Assembly (NCBI GenBank): GCA_024704765.1
Contig: JAKMXF010000049.1
Coordinates: forward strand, 1 to 6,102
Source of the DNA: Oopsacas minuta
Taxonomy: Eukaryota > Animalia > Porifera
DNA length: 6,102 nt
Direction: 5' to 3'
This document shows positions 1 through 6,102 of the stretch, one piece after another. Position numbers and translations under genes: made by a program. Position 1 is the stretch's first letter, and every line of letters begins with the position of its first letter. Below the pieces are notes generated by a model. The model was not told where the DNA came from and searched no databases. It saw only the letters and a program-made list of their open reading frames with translations.

Positions 1-99
1 TCAAATTTAAGTCTCGCATTTTCCTAGAAAATGGTAAAGGCAACTTTTCCCTTAGGTAGAAGTTGAACCGATGATTTATACTTTTCTCGATCCGGCCTA
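1..99 (-). mobile_element. Left long inverted-repeat arm; probable outward-facing hAT-like transposon terminus (element continues off the window start)
   Basis: Reverse complement of 1-99 matches 5644-5742 at 98/99 positions (only mismatch 31 vs 5712). The terminus reads TAGGCCGGATCGAG... from position 99 leftwards and abuts an 8-bp repeat (100-107). The arm runs to base 1, so the true length is unknown. Confidence 0.8.
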
Positions 100-107
100 G
101 AGTACAG
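100..107 (+). repeat. 8-bp direct repeat GAGTACAG, probable target-site duplication (copy 1)
   Basis: Identical to 5636-5643; each copy directly abuts an IR arm. 8-bp length and central TA (nnnTAnnn) fit hAT/Buster-type TSDs. Confidence 0.8.
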
Positions 108-163
108 TTTCAGTGACAAATCAACAATTAGTTTCTAATAATATTCTAACACAAAAGTTACCC

Positions 164-181
164 TTCGGTCGTAATCGGTTA
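164..181 (+). repeat. 18-bp direct repeat TTCGGYCGTAATCGGTTA (copy 1; partner 5162-5179)
   Basis: ttcggtcgtaatcggtta vs ttcggccgtaatcggtta, 17/18 identical, same orientation. Confidence 0.6.
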
Positions 182-200
182 ACCAAATCATTGGTTGTGT

Positions 201-282
201 TTTTGGCAGAAATGGACCTCCCTGCACATTTGGACCGGGGTCCATTTCTGTCAAAATCAATTTTCCATAGCTGAAATGGACC
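201..282. repeat. Inverted/direct repeat cluster of GAAATGGACC motif (likely transposon subterminal remnant)
   Basis: ttttggcagaaatggacc (201-218) is inverted to ggtccatttctgtcaaaa (239-256), 17/18; inner mini-palindrome tggacc-gg-ggtcca (231-244); third copy gaaatggacc at 273-282. Confidence 0.65.
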
Positions 283-617
283 CCCTTCTATAACATTAAG
301 CTCATTCCTTTTGATACAAGTTTAGTATTGTCTTTAGCTTACTCTCTCGTTTTGTTTGTTCCAGTTAGACAATGTTGTTAATTTTTGAATTATTGTATCA
401 TTTATATCGATTACATATTGTCAACAAATGTGATAAATAGTTAGTAATATTCATTGTTTTAATAGAAAAAGACAAAAAAAGACAATTTAATAGATAACTA
501 AAAATGGGGCTCTGGAAAATTTATGAAACGTATTGGCATAGCCGTATAGATCGTTTTGGCTCCTACAGCTGGGAAGAAAATTGATTATTACGTACAAACA
601 GTTCTACTGGATAACAC

Positions 618-1922
618 TTAGATCACGCAATTAATCCGGCCTAGTGAAGGAGTATAGGGATTCGAATCAACGCGCTTAATTTTCGGACGTTCCATACCAG
701 CGTATGTATACCAGTCATCTTGTTATTTAGTTCTCATTGAGAAATGTGAATCTTTACGTACAGTGTACGCGAGTAGAGACTAATGTAGAATTTCTTAATC
801 GTGAGGAATGTAGATTTCATTTTCTATGTCTTTTTACGAGTTTGAGTATTAAGATGACCAACCTCAAAGATGCAAAGAGGAGGCACTTTAACAAATTTCT
901 GGGTCAGACTTTCTATATTGGAATTTGAATCTCGACATTTTAAGCATGAAGAACTTGATTTGATTTGGTTATCGATGGTCTTTTGGCAATTCCCTTCGAA
1001 AGCTAACACAGATGTCAAGTTTAGCTTCTTCTCTGATTGACGACAGCAACTCCAGCACTGCAAGGTGACTTCATAACAATCGGAGCAGAGAGATAGTTTA
1101 GTTATTAACTAAACATTGCACCCTCATAACCGAGGAAGCCGAAAGTTTACAAGTTGAACATCTAGTTGAGTAGTAGCCAGGTTCGCAGTTAACTGAATTA
1201 ACGGGAACTAATATGTGATAACATAGTTTGCATACCCTGGGTTAGAGAAACATTTGATAATTGAATAGCCTCAGAGACTTTATGCGAGTGCAAACTTAGA
1301 AGAGTTAGGAAATTGTCAACAGGACAAGTATTGACTAATTCACTTCCTTCGAATTGACCACCCCAAGTGACACATGAATCTTTCAGGTGAGCTGATGTAG
1401 GTGAATGTAGTAGAGTACAATCACTGTTTGAGGATTCCCGAGAATTTGCCAGTAACTGTTGAACAACAGGGAGAAGAACCTTAGTAGCATAATTCATGCT
1501 CTCTCTTAATCAGCGAGTGGAAAACTGTACATCTTCATTCGTGTATTGGTATTCAGGTATTTTACTTCAAAACTATCCAAATAACATTGAACCAACAGGT
1601 TAGACATTTCTTAGGCTGTTTCCAATTGATTTTCTTGGCGATAAGCTGTATAAGTGGATGGGTACTGGCCAATCCGCCAATCGAATAATTCTTGAGATTT
1701 CATGTCGCGTCGTATGTGGAGTTCTCGATGCAGATCAGTGAGAGGAATATTTGTCCTGATAGAGTTGATAAATTGACTTTTCATTGATATGAGTTTATCA
1801 ATTGTATCTTGGTGTGTTTGTGTAGGAGATGGTATCGTCGCAAAACACGTTACCTCGGAGCCAATAGGTGGTGCATCTTGAGTTTGTAAATCCTCAATCA
1901 TGGAGCCGTCTATTTCATCCGA
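618..1922 (-). pseudogene. Degraded, 5'-truncated gene for a USP-fold (C19/USPL1-like) cysteine protease with zinc-finger CxxC pairs
   Basis: Stitching the minus-strand ORFs (1611-1901, 1198-1497, 824-1063) and stop-interrupted frames gives in order: VTWGG...LVNTCPVDNFLTLL (Cys codon 1324-1326), FLGYEGAMF, YEVTLQCWSC (C 1055-1057, 1046-1048), CLKC (944-946, 935-937), KFVKVPPLCIFE, then SLLAYTVRKDSHF (His 744-746) and DDWYTYAGM (693-719), stop 618-620. Order and spacing match the USP Cys box / fingers / His box layout. Multiple in-frame stops and frameshifts; the frame stays open up to the hAT terminus at 1924. Confidence 0.65.
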
Positions 1923-1923
1923 T

Positions 1924-2190
1924 CAGGGTGACCAGATGTCTTCGTTATAAAAAAAGGACACTTTTCTATGAGATACAATGTATATGTAAATCACTGAACA
2001 TTGAACAATAACAGTATATGCTAATCTATGAAAATTGATTTTACATCAATAGAGTAAGGAAATAACACAGAATTAGTAATATTGTTATCCAATATGTAAT
2101 AAAGTAGGCAAGAATAATGAACCTGACTTATGAACTAGAGTGATTCTGAAGAGAGAATCAATGAGGGTATACGATAAGTTACAATCCACT
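1924..2190 (+). mobile_element. Solo hAT (Blackjack-like) terminus fragment
   Basis: Begins CAGGGTGACCAGATGTC...AAAAAAAGGACAC, resembling YAGGGTGACCA...GTCC...GGAC termini of hAT-Blackjack elements; no matching opposite end in the window. Right boundary set by the next element. Confidence 0.6.
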
Positions 2191-2201
2191 CAGAGCTGCA
2201 A

Positions 2202-2287
2202 ATGGGTCACATGAAGTGACCCATCGAAGTAGTGACCCATGACCCATTGACCCATGGGTCATGACCCATTTATTAATTCTGACCCAT
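2202..2287. repeat. Subterminal array of eight TGACCCAT octamers
   Basis: Forward copies start at 2217, 2233, 2240, 2248, 2262, 2280; reverse copies (ATGGGTCA) at 2202 and 2254; perfect palindrome TGACCCATGGGTCA at 2248-2261. Confidence 0.85.
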
Positions 2288-2343
2288 TATGTATTTCATT
2301 ATTAGGAACAAGTATAATGTAAGTATTTAGTCTAACACAATAA

Positions 2344-2760
2344 TTAAATCAAGTTGTTTTTATATCCTTCCAACACAACAGAGACAGCTTCGATAGTTTC
2401 TGGCAACATTGCATTCCTTTGAGATGTTACGATATGCCGAGCATTAAAGGCACTATAGTGTCTCTCGCTTTCGGATGAGGATGCCTGAATTACCAATAGT
2501 CTCATGGCAATTATTGATAATAATGGAAACCTAAGTTTAATCTACTTCCACAAATCAAGGAGATTAAANTGGGGCTCAGAATATTATATTTCATCATTTT
2601 ATATATCCTACATTCCAGAACACGTTGCTTATAATATAATTATTACTTAAAAGAATCATTTGAAATAGATATTTTGTTACGATTAACGCTAGATTCGGAC
2701 AAAATAATACATAGTTGATGTAAAACTTCCCATTGTTCTCCAAAACAAGTACAATATATT
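2344..2760 (-). pseudogene. hAT transposase C-terminal fragment (hAT dimerization domain)
   Basis: Not in the ORF track. Minus frame reads DEI*YSEPxFNLLDLWK*IKLRFPLLSIIAMRLLVIQASSSESERHYSAFNARHIVTSQRNAMLPETIEAVSVVLEGYKNNLI* (stop 2344-2346), matching the hAT W...FP.L..A.R.L.I.ASS..SER..S...RN.L.P motif. A weaker EQWEVLHQLCIIL match near 2700-2740 resembles the hAT 'eeW..l..l...L' helix. Confidence 0.85.
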
Positions 2761-2920
2761 CACGGCACTACAAAGTAAACATTTGCTCTCTCAACTCGAC
2801 TTAATTATATTTGGAACAAATTTCAATTTATTTCAAATATTGATTGTATGCTACTGTAGATATCAGGTACACAAATTCTCTAACTTGTGAAGTAATTGTG
2901 ACTTCCCAATTTGGTTTGAT

Positions 2921-3005
2921 AAAAAAAGTATGGGAGCGGCGCTCCCACTACCTAAAAAACTATAGGAGCGGCGCTCCCACCCGCTCCCACAGCAGGACAC
3001 CACTG
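2921..3005 (-). mobile_element. Solo hAT-like terminus with palindromic GGAGCGGCGCTCC subterminal repeats
   Basis: Minus strand starts CAGTGGTGTCCTGCTGTGGGAGCGGG at 3005; exact 16-bp repeat GGAGCGGCGCTCCCAC at 2933-2948 and 2965-2980, partial third copy CGCTCCCAC 2982-2990. No partner end seen. Confidence 0.55.
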
Positions 3006-3006
3006 A

Positions 3007-4899
3007 TTACGATATATAACCTCGAAAAATCATCCAGCATTACGTTTTGTAGATTATTCATACAGATTTTGACAGACTTAATACGAGCAATACGAAAAAG
3101 CGATGGCGATGTCGTACCCGAGATTGCAATGGAAATGTTTATATACAAATGTCAATCAAGAGAATGCAGACTATGTCGAGCTTTCTACTAGTCATAAAGA
3201 TCATTGTATTCCGGATCCAGAGAAGAAGGTTGTTGAAGAAGTAATTTATAATCTTATAGTAAAAGTGCGAACTCAAGTAACTCCTATCTCTGTATTATGT
3301 AATGAATCTTCTGCGCTGCTTTCATAGAATCATAATGGTGCATCAAGATTTCCTTTGTTCAATCAAATTGACTCTTCCTTGTATCGTAAAAGGCTTAGCC
3401 ATTTTCCTGCACTTATGATGTCGCGAGGTGAACTAATTATATCAAATCAACTAAGTAAACTATTGCAGGCTGTGATTTTCACATGTTTTCTTCCACCAAT
3501 AATAATATAGTAATTTTAGTACCGAAGAAAATATTCGTAGGCTCTCTACTAAGTCTCATTGGTGTGCTGATGGTACTTTTAAGAGTACCTAATATATATA
3601 CACAAATTTTCACAATTCATGGCTTTGAGGGCGACAAACTCATTCCTTTGGTTTATCGTTTACTATCTTCTAAAACACGAGCAATATATTCTCTAGTTTT
3701 TCGGTCCATTAAGGATAAAGCTGACACTTTATCTGTAATTTTGATGCCCACATTATTTACCTGTGACTTCGAAAGTGGCTTAATATCAAGTGTCAGGACT
3801 GAGTTTCCTACCACTCATATTCGCGGATGTTACTCCCATTTTTGCCAGGAAATATATAGGCGTGTACAACTATTAGGATTACATCACGAAGCTCATAGAA
3901 TGTATACTCGAAAACTTCTTGCGATAGCATTTTACCCCGGTTGATCTTATCCCTCAAACCTTCGATTACTTAAAACACCATTGTTCTCCTGAACTGCAGA
4001 GCCTTTTGGAATACTTTGAAAACTACTGGATAAACAGCAGGGCCGGATTAGCACTATATTGGGCCCTAATCCAGGCATACTATGAGGTCCTCTATAATTC
4101 CTGCTCAGAATAGCAAGCATTTCAACGAAGCTCATGCCTCACTCTCTGGTCTCGCTTAATATAAACTGAAAGCCTGTATGTAACTGACAAATACCCTTTT
4201 CATTTGAATAGAATCAACTAATCAAGTGGGAAATTCCAAAAACCAACAAAAGCCATTGAGTTTTAATATATAAGATAACTTTATTCACTGCTAGGCTTAG
4301 TGGAACTCAGAAATGAAGCTTAACCATCGAAAATAGTGGATATAGACTTTTTGTTTTAATGTTTTCATGCTGACTGCCTTGTCATTCAATTAAGATTGAT
4401 TTTTGTGGCGTTCGCATTCAAAATGACTACACTTGGTGAGCAAACAACAAATGCAGCGTGGGGACTGAGACTGTCTATGCCAAGCTATTTTTTGTCGAAT
4501 TGGTGACGGCCTAAGCCATGGCTTGTTTGGTTTATAGGCTAATCCGGCCCTGATGAACAGTGTTGATCATAATCTTTGGAATATGCATGGAGTTAAAAGG
4601 AGAACAAATAACAATCTTGAAGGTTGGCATTTGCGACTAAATCGGGCTATTAGGAAACACATGCTAACATTTACGAATTCTTCTTAAAATTGATCAGAAA
4701 ACAAGGGACAACGGAAACTCTACTATTCCGAATTGAAGCTAGTAATATCAAACGACACTCAAATAGCACAAAGTTTAAGCAAGTCAATGAAAGAATTGAA
4801 ATTTTTATAAGAGAATACAACATGGGGAATAAGAATGTTGATGAATTTCTACTCGGAATAGCGCATAATTTGTCTCAACCTACAGACACTTCACTTTAA
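3007..4899 (+). pseudogene. Mutator-like (MULE) DDE transposase with N-terminal FLYWCH-type zinc finger, frameshifted and interrupted by a MITE
   Basis: Reconstructed: LRYITSKNHPALRFVDYSYRF-DRLN...KRWRCRTRDC (W 3104, C 3110, C 3125)...HKDH; PLFNQIDSSLYRKR; HWCADGTFK (D1 3569-3571) ..PNIYTQIFTIHG; TCDFESG (D2 3765-3767); GCYSHFCQ (CxxH); YFENYWINS|VDHNLW...RTNNNLEGWH (E 4619-4621); NIYEF...; stop 4897-4899. About seven frameshifts, one internal stop (3325-3327) and the 4038-4552 insertion. Confidence 0.92.
4038..4552. mobile_element. 515-bp non-autonomous hAT element (MITE), MER45/Tip100-like TIR
   Basis: Perfect 15-bp TIR CAGGGCCGGATTAGC (4038-4052) / GCTAATCCGGCCCTG (4538-4552), extending by CTATA with a 1-nt indel; flanking 8-bp TSD ATAAACAG (4030-4037) / ATGAACAG (4553-4560), 7/8, fits nTnnnnAn. 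Removing it plus one TSD restores the transposase frame. Confidence 0.93.
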
Positions 4900-5161
4900 C
4901 AGAATATTAAGTATTTAACACACTTCTAAAAATAATAATTGACAATTGTTTTTTTCATATTTCTTCAAGTATTGTTCTTAATATTAATCATCTATTAACC
5001 CATAGAATCAATTATTTTCCTTATACTACATTGCATTTCTATATTCGCTGCTTTGTGTGTTAACTAAAAGATATGGTGGCTTATTTATGACTTCGCTCAA
5101 GTGGGGACGAATCAAACAAGTGGTAAAATTAACGTGTTCCTTTTTGGTACGAACGCAGTAA

Positions 5162-5179
5162 TTCGGCCGTAATCGGTTA
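5162..5179 (+). repeat. 18-bp direct repeat (copy 2; partner 164-181)
   Basis: 17/18 identity to 164-181. Confidence 0.6.
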
Positions 5180-5292
5180 TAGTATATAAATTTTGAATAT
5201 GGAAGTGTTATGAAGAAGTCATTTGTAGCCTTTTTAGGCCGCATTTTGAGACGTTTTCATAGCAATTAGCAAAGATTTCTCATTTTCAATCA

Positions 5293-5311
5293 GAGAGCGC
5301 TTCGCCCTCTC
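5293..5311. other. GC-rich mini-hairpin GAGAGCGC-TTC-GCCCTCTC
   Basis: 8-bp stem with one mismatch and a 3-nt loop; the minus strand contains GCGAAGC. Confidence 0.6.
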
Positions 5312-5424
5312 AGACTGATCAAAATTACTTCCAAAATGAAAATACAAAGTAACTATTACTTATAGCTAATTTATTCGAAGGAATATGGGTTGAGTAAAAA
5401 TTTGAAAAACGTTTATTGAAATTC

Positions 5425-5517
5425 ACCCATTCTGCAATAAAAACAACCTTAGTTCGGTGCGAACTAAGATTTTAATTGCAGAATGGGTATAAGTAGGTAA
5501 AAATCTTAGTTCAGTGC
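5425..5517. repeat. Nested inverted repeat (cruciform-capable) plus a direct-repeat copy
   Basis: Perfect 14-bp arms 5425-5438/5475-5488, perfect 9-bp inner arms 5448-5456/5460-5468, loop GTG; CTTAGTTCRGTGC repeated directly at 5448-5460 and 5505-5517. Confidence 0.8.
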
Positions 5518-5565
5518 CAAAATTTGATGAATTAAATTCAAATTATATACAGACAGTATTTAGTG

Positions 5566-5618
5566 TCAAAAACTGGGAACATTACCGGCGAAACGCCGGT
5601 ATTGTTCCCAATTTTTGA
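5566..5618. repeat. 53-bp hairpin with 25-bp arms and AAA loop
   Basis: tcaaaaactgggaacattaccggcg-aaa-cgccggtattgttcccaatttttga; 23/25 pairs (mismatches 5573/5611 and 5582/5602). Confidence 0.85.
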
Positions 5619-5635
5619 AAATCCATTCTATTAAT

Positions 5636-5643
5636 GAGTACAG
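5636..5643 (+). repeat. 8-bp direct repeat GAGTACAG, probable target-site duplication (copy 2)
   Basis: Identical to 100-107 and directly precedes the right IR arm. Confidence 0.8.
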
Positions 5644-5742
5644 TAGGCCGGATCGAGAAAAGTATAAATCATCGGTTCAACTTCTACCTAAGGGAAAAGT
5701 TGCCTTTACCACTTTCTAGGAAAATGCGAGACTTAAATTTGA
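5644..5742 (+). mobile_element. Right long inverted-repeat arm; start of a hAT-like element that probably continues toward or past the window end
   Basis: TAGGCCGGATCGAGAAAAG...; 98/99 match to the reverse complement of 1-99. The following AT-rich 5743-6102 shows no recognisable coding signal or second terminus. Confidence 0.8.
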
Positions 5743-6102
5743 AAAATATTTCGATTTGACCCTTGCGGTTTTATATTTTTGCTGTGTCACTTTCGCAAAA
5801 TAGATTTTATATTGTCCGAATTTTCAAATTCCTTTGACTTAGCCCCTTTATATATATTATTTGGTAATAGTAAGTCGCATATTTGCTATTGAATGGTATA
5901 TTAATCGAATTTCTATGTCCAAGGATACTCAAGTTATCAAGATTTCTTTTGCATATTCTATCATACCCTAATATTATTACCCATCCCCCTTTTTTTCCGA
6001 TTATTTGAAAATTCTATATTCTTAGTAAAATTTTTATATAATCACCAAACTTAGTATATTTCTTTATCTGGATCCAAATTCCTCAATAGGTTACCACAAA
6101 GA

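Larger units (their letters stand above)
2191..2915 (-). mobile_element. 3' part of an autonomous-type hAT element (terminus, subterminal repeats, transposase C-terminus)
   Basis: Terminus CAGAGCTGCAAATGGGTCA at 2191, TGACCCAT array 2202-2287, hAT dimerization-domain coding relic ending 2344. Upstream boundary approximate. Confidence 0.7.

Noticed and set aside
634-643. ATCCGGCCTA, matching the tip of the outer IR
   Set aside because: Only 10 bp, lies within the protease frame (LGRIN), no TSD or partner; likely chance.
737-928. 63-aa plus-strand ORF
   Set aside because: Antisense shadow of the protease His-box region; no motifs.
2202-2287. TGACC(C) copies as nuclear-receptor response elements
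   Set aside because: Position at a hAT terminus explains them better as subterminal repeats.
500-2585. Similar AAANTGGGGCTC motifs near 501-512 and 2566-2577
   Set aside because: About 12 bp including an N; the second copy is inside hAT coding sequence; chance.
2202-2990. CRISPR-like reading of the short repeat arrays
   Set aside because: Repeats are too short, with no regular unique spacers, no cas genes, and a eukaryotic transposon context.
2844-3191. 115-aa plus-strand ORF and overlapping minus ORF 2960-3148
   Set aside because: They cross three unrelated elements and read the FLYWCH region out of frame; incidental.
3947-4135. 62-aa minus ORF
   Set aside because: Spans the MITE/transposase junction; no coding signal.
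4513-4524. 12-bp palindrome AAGCCATGGCTT
   Set aside because: Short subterminal feature of the MITE; no separate function supportable.
5026-5244. 72-aa minus ORF
   Set aside because: No recognisable motif; AT-rich non-coding context.
5293-5618. Hairpins as bacterial rho-independent terminators
   Set aside because: Context is eukaryotic transposon DNA and the hairpins are not placed directly after a gene end.
1-5742. Reading 1-5742 as one intact MULE whose long TIRs are the 99-bp arms
   Set aside because: The 8-bp repeat sits inside the arms, and near-identical arms conflict with heavily decayed contents. Not fully excluded because the outer left flank is outside the window.

Overview
AT-rich eukaryotic (probably invertebrate animal) DNA made almost entirely of nested, mostly dead DNA transposons; no intact gene. 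From left to right: (1) a >=99-bp inverted-repeat arm (1-99) whose partner is 5644-5742 (98/99 identical), with the same 8-mer GAGTACAG lying immediately INSIDE each arm, so the arms behave as outward-facing hAT-like ends around a 5.5-kb segment; (2) a degraded minus-strand gene for a USP-fold cysteine protease (618-1922; NTC Cys box, two CxxC, HF...WYTY[A/D]GM His box); (3) a block of three one-ended hAT remnants (1924-3005), one carrying the hAT C-terminal dimerization domain; (4) a frameshifted FLYWCH-MULE (Mutator-like) DDE transposase (3007-4899) split by a complete 515-bp hAT MITE with an 8-bp TSD (4038-4552); (5) a cluster of strong hairpins (5293-5618). The most unusual signals are the inside-out TIR/TSD geometry (suggesting reversed-ends transposition with permutation, or a duplication) and the USP-like protease relic beside a Mutator transposase. 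All family calls are from motif recognition, not database searches.
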